Assembly (NCBI GenBank): GCA_963751075.1
Contig: CAVVTE010000011.1
Span: forward strand, 291,177-355,176
Reading direction: 5' to 3'
Length of the DNA: 64,000 nt
Source: an uncultured Chloroflexia bacterium
GTDB taxonomy: Bacteria; Chloroflexota; Chloroflexia; Thermomicrobiales; UBA6265
Part shown: in pieces, positions 50,453 through 58,970 of the stretch
Layout: each line of letters starts with the position of its first letter
Position numbering within the stretch: the first letter of the stretch is position 1
Notes under the pieces: model-generated
Databases searched by the model: none
Told to the model about the DNA's origin: nothing
The model's input: the letters and a program-made list of their open reading frames with translations, nothing else
Program-made: the position numbers and the translations under genes

Positions 50453-50731
50453 ATGGACGGCTCCTGGTTCAGTTGGCTGTCTCGTGCTCTTTCGAAGTTG
50501 TCCACCCGTCGAATGCTCTTAATACTAGTTGGCGCGGTTGCCGCTGGCCTCGGTCAGCGCGGTGTCTTCGGCACCCAGCTTGGGCCGGCGACCTGTGGAA
50601 GTGAGGGCGAAGCCTGCATCCTGGCGCATGGCTGTTGCAGTGGGTTCACCTGCGCGACCTCAGGTCTAACACCAACTATGGCGTTTGCGTTACTGGATCG
50701 GGCGGGATGCTGCCGGCGTCATCGTCCCTGA
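50453..50731 (+). CDS. TAT-signal cysteine-rich small secreted protein (hypothetical; frame uncertain at the 3' end)
   Basis: STRRMLLILVGAVAAGLG twin-arginine signal, then TCGSEGEACILAHGCCSGFTCA (C-x6-C-x5-CC-x4-C). Moderate SD, GGAG 12 nt upstream. Confidence 0.4.
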   Translation: MDGSWFSWLSRALSKLSTRRMLLILVGAVAAGLGQRGVFGTQLGPATCGSEGEACILAHGCCSGFTCATSGLTPTMAFALLDRAGCCRRHRP

Positions 50732-51097
50732 TCTCCCCCCATAGCAAGACTATCAATGAAGACGTCGTTAGCCTTGCGGAATCGGTTGCCACCATTGAGT
50801 CCGCTGCCTCCGGAACAGACCTGGCGGCCGAAAGCGACGCCCGCATCGCCGCGGCCGGGACCGCAAGGACAAAAGCGCGACCAGGCGGAAGTCACGCCGG
50901 GACAACAAGCGGACCACCCGCCGGACGCGTAACGACGACCAACCGAATCGCCGAGCTGAGGCTACGAAGACACCAACCCCTACTCGGACGCCGAACCCAA
51001 CCCGGACACTCCGACCCGAACCCGCCCAACCCGGACTCCCACTCCTACGCGGACCCCGACCCCGACCCCAACGAGCACGCCGGACCCTGCGGAAGGT

Positions 51098-51520
51098 TTG
51101 GCGGTGGAGGTGACCTGCCCTCAAGGTCAGAGGGCGAGCCAGGTCGTCACAATAACGAACAACAGCACGAGAGACGTTGTCGTCGGCCAACTGACCTCCC
51201 TCGAGGTCACGCCTGGAGGTGACGAGCCGTTTCAAGCACTGGGAACAGTCCCTGCCGGATCCGCCCTTGAAATCTTCTTCGGTACGGCTCCATCAGGGGA
51301 CCCTTACTCCAACGAGCTGATCTTTAGCGCCTCTCCGCTAGAAGGCGTGCGCGTTACCTTCAGCACAGGAGCCGTCCTCACAGCTTGTTGCGACGGGGCG
51401 ACATCCTGTCTCGGGCAAGGAGCGCAGGTAGCCGGACTTCGAGCTGAGACCGCGGGAGAGCGTACGCCATCCGATCGCAGACCGATGAGCGACAAACGCA
51501 AGTCAAAGAAGAGACGATAG
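51098..51520 (+). CDS. Hypothetical beta-rich domain protein, or the C-terminal part of a frameshifted secreted protein
   Basis: 140-aa ORF VEVTCPQGQRASQVVTITNNSTRDVVVGQLTSLEVTPGG ... with a basic tail KRKSKKRR. The same frame upstream encodes a Pro/Thr linker from 50960. Lower GC than the flanks. Confidence 0.35.
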   Translation: MAVEVTCPQGQRASQVVTITNNSTRDVVVGQLTSLEVTPGGDEPFQALGTVPAGSALEIFFGTAPSGDPYSNELIFSASPLEGVRVTFSTGAVLTACCDGATSCLGQGAQVAGLRAETAGERTPSDRRPMSDKRKSKKRR

Positions 51521-51537
51521 AGGCGGGTTGATAGAGC

Positions 51538-52027
51538 GTGGGCGCCGATCTTGCCCGCCGTGGTCTCCGCACGGCCATTGTTCTGCCTGTGGCCTTGGTC
51601 GCCGTCTTCTACGGCCTTCGCCTCGCTCCAAGGGACCCGACAGGCGGCGTGCTCAGCCCGACTGTGCTGGAGGAGGTGCGCGCGGAGTACCGCGAGCGTC
51701 TTGGTCTCAATGAGCAGATCCTGGTCCAATACGGCGTGTACGTGAAAAATCTCGCCTGAGGAGACCTGGGCACGACACTCATTACCGGCAAGTCGATCGG
51801 CAAGTAGCTTGGATTCTATGGCTGCAACAGCCTGGTGCTCGGTCTCGCCGCGACCATCCTTATCTCCCCTTCCGAGCCTCGGGGTGATGATCGCCGAGGG
51901 GAGGAACTACATGCTGCAAAGCCACTGGGTGACCACCGTCCCGGGCGTTGCTATCGTGGCCGTCGTCCTGGGTTTGAACCTCCTCGGCGATGGGTTGCGC
52001 GACGTGCTCGATCCGAGACTGAAGTAG
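51538..52027 (+). pseudogene. Chimeric remnant of peptide ABC permease genes (DppB N-terminus fused to DppC C-terminus)
   Basis: N-terminus ...LRLAPRDPTGG...GLNEQILVQYGVYVKNLA, in-frame TGA, then GDLGTTL. A second stop follows, then the C-terminal GVMIAEGRNYML...LNLLGDGLRDVLDPRLK. More than 1 kb of the expected sequence is missing. Confidence 0.75.
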
Positions 52028-52156
52028 GCGGGCAGCCCAGGAGTCGAGACCTCGGGAGTCGCGGGCAAAGGAGCACCGGCAATCCAGAACCCAACACCCT
52101 TCTCCCCTTCACCCCGTCACCCCATTGCTGTCGACGTAGCGATCGTCGGCGGAGGC

Positions 52157-53356
52157 GTGGCTGGTTCGACGCTGGCCATCGTCCTCGCCAGAGCTGGAGT
52201 GAAGGTCGCCGTCATCGAGCGCGAACGTCGGTTTCGCGACCGTGTTCGCGGCGAAGCGCTGATGCCGTGGGGCGCGTCGCTTGCGGCCGCGCTAGGAATA
52301 GACGACCTCCTCCCCCAGTCGGGAGCGCACCCGCTGCCGATCTGGCAAACGTACATCGGCCGCGAGCCGCGGCCACCACACGACTGGCGATCAGACTCTC
52401 CAACCGGTGAAAGTCTGTGGGGTATCAGCCATCCCGGTCTTCAACAGACCTTGCTCGAGTCGGCACGTGCGGCCGGCGCCCTTGTTCTTCGTCCCGGCAA
52501 GGCCCATCAGCCTCAGCGGGATCGCCGGGGGTCGTTCGTCCTTCCAGTCGAGAGCGCCGATGGGTCGGGTGAAGTTCGGGCTCGGCTCGTCGTCGGCGCG
52601 GACGGACCCGAATCCGGCGTCCGGAGCTGGATGGGTGCGAAGACCATGCGCGATCCGGTTCGCCACGCTATTGGCGGCTGCTTGATCGATGGTATCGATC
52701 TCGATCCCGCCGCGGCGCACATCGGCTACTACCCGGGTGGAGCGTCGTTCATCTTTCGCCAGGAGACTGGGCGCGCCCGTGTCTACCTCTTTACGGGTCT
52801 CGAAGCCGCGAAGTCCATGCGCGGTGAGCGTGCTGCAAGTGCGATCATCGAGACGAGCAGGGCCTCGTTACCGGTGGGATCCCTCGAAGATGCCCGTCCG
52901 GTCGGACCCGCCGCGTTCTTTCCCGGCGCGGATATCTTTGCGAGTCATATTGCCGGGGAAGGCATCGTCCTCATCGGAGATGCCGCCGGGGCGAACGACC
53001 CGACGCAAGGGCAAGGACTATCTCTGGTGTTCAAGGACGTTTCAGTGCTGAGCGAGCTTCTCCTGTCGACAGCGGATTGGCAGGAGGCGATCGAGGAGTT
53101 CGCCGCCCAGCGGCGTCGCTGGTACGAGCCACTTCGAGCCTTTGCCGAGTGGGTTGGTCCATTGGTCATCGGCGTCGGGCCGGAGGCGGACGATGCCCGC
53201 GCGCGAGCGGATCGAGCCCGGGAGCTCGACCCGTTCCAGAATGGGTACGGAGCGATCCATACCGCCGGCCCGGACGGGCTTCCTGTGACCGAGGACGCCC
53301 GACGCCATCTTCTGGGCGAGGATCTGGACGATGACCTGGCGCGGGAGCCAACATGA
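52157..53356 (+). CDS. FAD-dependent monooxygenase (UbiH/aromatic hydroxylase-like)
   Basis: The Rossmann motif begins upstream of the called GTG (DVAIVGGGVAGSTLA spans 52133-52177). No ATG/GTG/TTG lies in frame between the stop at 52025 and 52157. C-terminal GDAAGANDPTQGQG. Confidence 0.75.
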   Translation: MAGSTLAIVLARAGVKVAVIERERRFRDRVRGEALMPWGASLAAALGIDDLLPQSGAHPLPIWQTYIGREPRPPHDWRSDSPTGESLWGISHPGLQQTLLESARAAGALVLRPGKAHQPQRDRRGSFVLPVESADGSGEVRARLVVGADGPESGVRSWMGAKTMRDPVRHAIGGCLIDGIDLDPAAAHIGYYPGGASFIFRQETGRARVYLFTGLEAAKSMRGERAASAIIETSRASLPVGSLEDARPVGPAAFFPGADIFASHIAGEGIVLIGDAAGANDPTQGQGLSLVFKDVSVLSELLLSTADWQEAIEEFAAQRRRWYEPLRAFAEWVGPLVIGVGPEADDARARADRARELDPFQNGYGAIHTAGPDGLPVTEDARRHLLGEDLDDDLAREPT

Positions 53357-54384
53357 CGGCGCGGCCAGAGGAAACTGTCAGAATCAACCGCGGCTCGTTC
53401 CCTGTGTCCACGTCGATTCTCGATCCCATAGCGCTCGCCAGGGTCGTTGCCTCCGACTACGAGCTTTCAGGACCACTTCGTTGCCAATTGGTGTCGCATG
53501 CGATGAACGACGTCTATCGCATCGGTAGCGGAGCGAATACCCACTACCTGCGTGTCACCCCACTTGGCTGGCGAGATCGACAGGAGCTCGAGGCGGAAGT
53601 CGCCATCATCGACTCCCTGAACGCGAAAGGGATTCACGTCGCCGCGGCATGTCCGCGGTCGGACGGGATTGCCCTGACCCGCTTGGACGCACCGGAAGGT
53701 GAGCGCCTGGCCATCCTCTTTCAAACGGCGGTCGGCGAACAGCCAGAGGACATCGACCTTATTCAGGCACGGGCGTTCGGCCGATTCGCGGCGGCGTTGC
53801 ACGAAGCCGCCGATAGTCTGGAGCTTGCAAGACCGCGACCGGCGATTGGTGTCGTTGAGCTGCTCCATGAGCCACTTGATGCGATTCGCGACCGGTTCTC
53901 CGACCACCCGGACGAGCTGGCGTACCTCGCTCTCATCGCCGCGCGCGTCGGCGATGCGATTGCGCAATTACCTCGCGACGCTCCCCTGTACGGCTTCTGC
54001 CATGGCGATCTGCATCCTGGGAACGTCTGCTTCGACAGCGGCGGTGTGCCGACCCTCTTCGATTTCGATCTGTGTGGTAGCGGGTGGCGCATCTACGATC
54101 TCTCGGTCTTTCTCTGGAACGCGTTCGGGGAGCGGCGGCCGAGGCGATGGCGAGATTCGCGGTGGCGAGCGTTTCTCTCCGGATATCAGCAATTGCGACC
54201 TCTGTCCCCGGAAGCGCTCGATGTCGTGCCAATCTTTCTCGCGGCACGGCAGATCTGGCTCATGGGTGTCGATTGCCAAAACCGAGGAGGATTGCCGATC
54301 CAATGGGTGAACTCTCGGTGGCTCAAGGAGATGATTCAACCCATCCAGGAATGGGAGTCACAGTATCCAATCCTGCGCGGCTGA
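53353..54384 (+). CDS. Phosphotransferase (APH / homoserine-kinase-II family)
   Basis: 343 aa. FCHGDLHPGNVCF ... LFDFDLCGSGWRIYDLS. ATGA overlap with the upstream gene. Confidence 0.85.
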   Translation: MTARPEETVRINRGSFPVSTSILDPIALARVVASDYELSGPLRCQLVSHAMNDVYRIGSGANTHYLRVTPLGWRDRQELEAEVAIIDSLNAKGIHVAAACPRSDGIALTRLDAPEGERLAILFQTAVGEQPEDIDLIQARAFGRFAAALHEAADSLELARPRPAIGVVELLHEPLDAIRDRFSDHPDELAYLALIAARVGDAIAQLPRDAPLYGFCHGDLHPGNVCFDSGGVPTLFDFDLCGSGWRIYDLSVFLWNAFGERRPRRWRDSRWRAFLSGYQQLRPLSPEALDVVPIFLAARQIWLMGVDCQNRGGLPIQWVNSRWLKEMIQPIQEWESQYPILRG

Positions 54385-54461
54385 ACGCCGTTGCCCGCAC
54401 AGACTGAGCTGGTCGAGCGCGACCAGCCGCTAACCGCACATCGCGGAGCCAACCTGCTAGC

Positions 54462-55472
54462 TCACTGCCTCGGCGGCATCTCTGGCCGCGGCCCGTGCAC
54501 CGGGCGCAGGTCGATCTGCTGCCCAGCGCGCTGCCGGGCGGCCTTGTGGAACCAGGGCGCGGCCAGCGAGACATAAATTCGTCCTTCGAGACCGTCGATC
54601 AGATCCTGCGGAATGCCGGATGCACCTCCCGCCGCGCCGGCCAGGGCCCCCGTCAACGCACCGACGGTATCGGTGGCGCCTCCGGCGTTGACGGCCGCGT
54701 AGACCGCGTCTTCGAACACCGTCTCAGTCATCACGGCCGCAAATGCCGCCAGGACCGCCTCGAGCGCGTCCAACCCGGTCCCGATACCCGCGAGGGTATC
54801 GGCAAGCGACCGCGTTGGAAGCATCTCGTCCAGGTCAGCGAGACGAGCGGCAAGTGCCCCGCCGCCGAGAAATTCGGCTGTCTCCCGCGCCCATGATTCT
54901 CGGGGCGCGCCGCTTGCCGCCAGCCGCACACCATAGGCGACCGCGGTCGCGGCGTTGAACGCGGCCGGTCCCCCATGAGTGAGACGAACCACGGCCTCCG
55001 CATCAGCCCGTAACCCCTCGGGACTGAACCTCCCCACGGAATGGATAAGTCCGACAGGCACTCCTCTCGCGGCGACGTCACCGGTTGCCGGCCCGTCCTC
55101 ATCCAGGGGAACAGAGAACTCGAGTGTTTCCGCCGCCGCGTCCAGTGCCAGCGCGGTGGCGGCATGCATCCAACGCCGCGACGGCCCTGACGCGAGGTGG
55201 ACCATCCGCACCCCGGCGGTCTCTGCGTCGAAAATGCCCCGGTTCGCCGTCATGGATTCGACGATGCATAGGGCAAGCTCGGACTCATCGGTGAACTCGC
55301 CCGGATGAATCTCTTCCATATCGGGCTGCGACCGCCCGTGGTAGCGGTCGATGGTTCCGAATCGAGCCTCGATCTCTCTACGGCTCATTCCACTTACAGG
55401 AGCGCCCAGAGCATCACCGATCGCCATGCCGAGCAATGCTCCGAGGAACTGGTTCTCCGTTGCGTCTGCCAT
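54462..55472 (-). CDS. ADP-ribosylglycohydrolase family protein
   Basis: 336 aa. LGALLGMAIGDALGAP at the N-terminus and GGATDTVGALTGALAGA at the C-terminus. Confidence 0.9.
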   Translation of the reverse strand: MADATENQFLGALLGMAIGDALGAPVSGMSRREIEARFGTIDRYHGRSQPDMEEIHPGEFTDESELALCIVESMTANRGIFDAETAGVRMVHLASGPSRRWMHAATALALDAAAETLEFSVPLDEDGPATGDVAARGVPVGLIHSVGRFSPEGLRADAEAVVRLTHGGPAAFNAATAVAYGVRLAASGAPRESWARETAEFLGGGALAARLADLDEMLPTRSLADTLAGIGTGLDALEAVLAAFAAVMTETVFEDAVYAAVNAGGATDTVGALTGALAGAAGGASGIPQDLIDGLEGRIYVSLAAPWFHKAARQRAGQQIDLRPVHGPRPEMPPRQ

Positions 55473-55580
55473 TGATCCATCCAGACTCGAGGGCGAGCGT
55501 AGCTCCGTTGACGCTCCGCCGGTCGGCTCCTAGACTCCCTGACGGTTACGACCGCCGTCGATGTACGTCAGGAGCGCCCG

Positions 55581-56808
55581 TTGACATCACCTGATTCAAG
55601 CGCGGAGATGAAGGGGCCCGCGGGCCTCGGGTTCTCCAGCCGCGCTGTCCACGTGGGAGAGCGTGGGCCGCGCCCCGACTTTACTCCAACCACCACACCG
55701 ATCTACCCCGCCACCGCCTTTGTCTACGACGACACCGATACACTCGACGCGGTATTCGGGAACGAGCGTCAAGGTTACGTATACACTCGCTATGCCAACC
55801 CGACTACGAGCGCGCTGGAAGCGGCGATCGCATCGCTCGAAGGTACGGAGGACGCCGTGGCGTTTGCGTCCGGAATGGGCGCCGTATATGCCGCAATGCT
55901 CCTCGACGCGCGCGCCGGGCAGTGCATCGTGGCCGCGCCTGATGTCTACGGCGCTACCTACGCCATTCTCCACCGGCTCCTGCCCACGCTTGGCATCGAG
56001 ACCACCTTTGTCGACCTCCGCGATCTCCAGCAGCTCGAGCGGGTGGTGGAGACCTCCCGCCCGGCGCTGATCTATGCCGAGACGATTTCGAATCCACTGC
56101 TGCGCGTCGCCGATCTCCGCGAGGTCACGACTCTCGCTCATCGCCATGGCGCTCGGGTCGCGGTCGATAACACCTTCGCCACACCCTGGTTGGTCAACCC
56201 CGCCGCGCTCGGCGTGGATTCCGTTATCCACTCGACCACCAAGTACCTTGGGGGACACGGCGACGTCACCGGTGGTGTGATTGCCACCACCGCCGAGCGC
56301 GGAGCGGAGCTGCGCGAGATCAACAAGCTGATTGGATCGGTCGCCGGTCCGTTCGAGTCATGGTTGACGCTGCGCGGATTGAAAACTCTTCCCCTGCGAA
56401 TGAAGCAGCAGAGCGATAACGCGCGTGCCGTGGCCGACTGGCTCGTCGGCGACTCCCGGGTCTCGCGGGTCAATTACCCCGGCCTGCAGCATCTCGGCGG
56501 CGCCGGAGGCGATGTTCAACCGGCCTGAGCGCGGTGGGATGATCTCGTTCGAGGTTCGCGACGCCGCACGGGACGACATTTTCCGCTTCTTCGAGGCGCT
56601 CACGCTCATCGTGCCGGCCACGACGCTCGGGGATGTCTACAGTCTCGTGCTCTATCCGACGATCTCCTCTCATCGGGCTGTGCCCGCGGAAGAGCGGGCG
56701 AAAATCGGAATCTCGGACGGGCTCGTGCGTTTGTCGGTCGGAATCGAGGATGTCGAAGACATCATCGCCGACCTGGACCGAGCATTGGCCGCGGCAGACC
56801 GGGGCTAG
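55581..56808 (+). pseudogene. PLP-dependent Cys/Met metabolism enzyme (cystathionine gamma-synthase / O-acylhomoserine sulfhydrylase-like), one frameshift
   Basis: YTRYANPT ... DNTFATP ... HSTTKYLGGHGD in frame 1 to VNYPGLQH. It then reads PEAMFNRPERGGMISFEV ... SLGDV.. ... RLSVGIEDVEDIIADL in another frame, shifting near 56495. Confidence 0.85.
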
Positions 56809-56838
56809 ACACGAGTCAACGAGCGGTTTAAGCAAGAT

Positions 56839-58033
56839 ATGGCAATCGCAATGGCAACGGATGCGAAAGTCGATACCTTGCGGGCACAGTTGCCCGCGGT
56901 GCAGACCACCGGCTATTTCAATGCCGGTTCCAATGGCCCGATTCCGAGAATCTCCTACGAAGCTGCCGACATGACCGCCCGCGCGCGAGCTCGAGCAGGG
57001 ACGGATCATTCCCGGGACATTTCGCGACAACCGCGAACGCAACCGGGGTGTAGCCGCACTGGCCGCCGGAATATTCGGCGCCGATCCTGACGAGATAGCC
57101 CTCACCCACAGCGCTACCGAAGGACTTTGCATGGCCCTCATGGGGCTAACGTGGGATCCGGGTGATGAAATCGTTACCACCCTGGAAGAGCATCCCGGGC
57201 TCCTGATGCCGCTCGCGCTCCTCGCTCGACGATTTGGCGTTGTTACCCGGTACGCTGATATTGGTGACGGCTCGTCGGGTGTAGTCGAGGCTCTGGCGAG
57301 TCAGATCACCTCTCGCACGCGTCTCATCGCTCTGTCGCACGTTCTCTGGTCGACGGGCGCCGTGCTTCCGCTGCGCGACATCAGCGAGCTTGCCCGGCGC
57401 CATGAGCTCATGGTCGTGGTGGATGGAGCGCAATCCGCCGGCCAGGTGCCAGTGGATCTCCACGCGTTGGGCATTGATGCCTATGCGATGGCCGGCCAGA
57501 AATGGCTCTGCGGGCCGGAAGGGACCGGCCTGCTCTATATCCGCCGGGATCGATTTGCCGATATCGCACCGACCTACGCCCGCTACGGACAGTTCGAGCC
57601 GAGTGGCTACTTCATCCCCGCGAAGGGCGCAATGCGGTACGAGATCGGCGAGTTCTACCCTCCGGCGGTGGCCTCCCAGGAGGCAACGCTGCGCTGGCTG
57701 CGCGACGATGTCGGGTTCCAATGGGCGTACGATCGCATCGCTGGCCTGGGCGCCGACTTCCGTCGCCGGCTGACGGACATAGACGGAGTGACCGTGGTTA
57801 CCCCGAGCGAACCAATGGCGGGGTTGGTGAACTTCAATATCGCGGGTCTGCCTCCACAGGAGGTGGAGACCCGGCTCTTCGAGCGCGGCTACACCATTCG
57901 CTATGTGGAATCAGTGCCCTGCACGGTTTCGGCTCGAGCATCGCTGGGATGGTGGAACACCGAAGATGAGGTGGCGGGTCTCGCGGATGCGGTGGCGGAT
58001 CTCGCACGGGAAGCGCGTGTGCTGAGTGGGTGA
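56839..58033 (+). pseudogene. Class V aminotransferase / cysteine-desulfurase-like, one frameshift
   Basis: N-terminus TGYFNAGSNGPIPRISYEAADMT, then a frame change near 56980 into ARELEQGRIIPGTFRDN ... LTHSATEGL ... VDGAQSAGQVPVD ... AMAGQKWLCGPEGTG. Confidence 0.85.
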
Positions 58034-58853
58034 CCCGAGTTCTAGCGGGTCAGAGCGGTGGCCCGCCGGCTACCGCTGCGCGCTCTCCGTGACGATCGAC
58101 GTCGACGGCCCCTATGGCGAGGCCAACTACCGGCCGGCAGACGATATGTACTGGATTTCGCAGACCGCGTATGACCCGAGAGGCACGGAGCGCTTGCTTG
58201 AACTGTTGGCCGACAGGGAGACGTTGGCAACCTTCTGCTGGGTCGGTCGAGCCGCGGTAGATCATCCCATGCACGTCCGCGGCGCCGTGGCCGCGGGTCA
58301 CGAGATCGCTCTTCATTCGTGGGACCATCGCCCGTACAACCGGATGACACCGCAGGAACAGCGCGCCGACATGGAGCAGTCTCTGGAAGCGCTCCAACGT
58401 ATCTCGGGCACGACTCCCGTTGGTCACAAGTCGGCGAGCTGGCGGTACGACGAGGCGACCCACCGGGTGGCGCAGGAGTTGGGTCTCCTTTGGGTGATGG
58501 ACGAACCAGGAGGCGACTTGCCGTATCTCATCCAGCCGGCGTCGAATCTGCCGCCGTTGGTGCAACTCCCGCCATCACGCTGGTTCGACGACTACACGCT
58601 CTTCGTCGATCATGTGCTGCCGCCACGCCATGCGTTCGAGTTGTGGCGTGACGATCTCGACGTCTTGCGCGACGAGGCCGGGATGATGTGCCTGACACTG
58701 CATCCATTCGTGTCCGGGAGACCCGGACCTTCGCGGACGCTCGCGTGGCTGCTCGACTACGCCATCGATCTGGGAGATGTCTGGATCGACCGGGCGGACC
58801 GGCTGGCCCGCTGGTGGTCGGGGCAAGCGGTTGACCTTCCGGAATCGGTTTGA
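58026..58853 (+). CDS. Polysaccharide deacetylase (NodB homology domain)
   Basis: 275 aa. LSVTIDVDG ... ATFCWVG ... HEIALHSWDH. Confidence 0.85.
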   Translation: MGDPSSSGSERWPAGYRCALSVTIDVDGPYGEANYRPADDMYWISQTAYDPRGTERLLELLADRETLATFCWVGRAAVDHPMHVRGAVAAGHEIALHSWDHRPYNRMTPQEQRADMEQSLEALQRISGTTPVGHKSASWRYDEATHRVAQELGLLWVMDEPGGDLPYLIQPASNLPPLVQLPPSRWFDDYTLFVDHVLPPRHAFELWRDDLDVLRDEAGMMCLTLHPFVSGRPGPSRTLAWLLDYAIDLGDVWIDRADRLARWWSGQAVDLPESV

Positions 58854-58970
58854 AATGGTGATTCAACTCGCGGTCGAAAAACAGGATTGATATGGGTCTC
58901 GATCCCATCGTCGCATTCACCGCGTGAGACAATCGGAAAGAACTCGCCAGAACTGGAAAGTTGGAGATGG

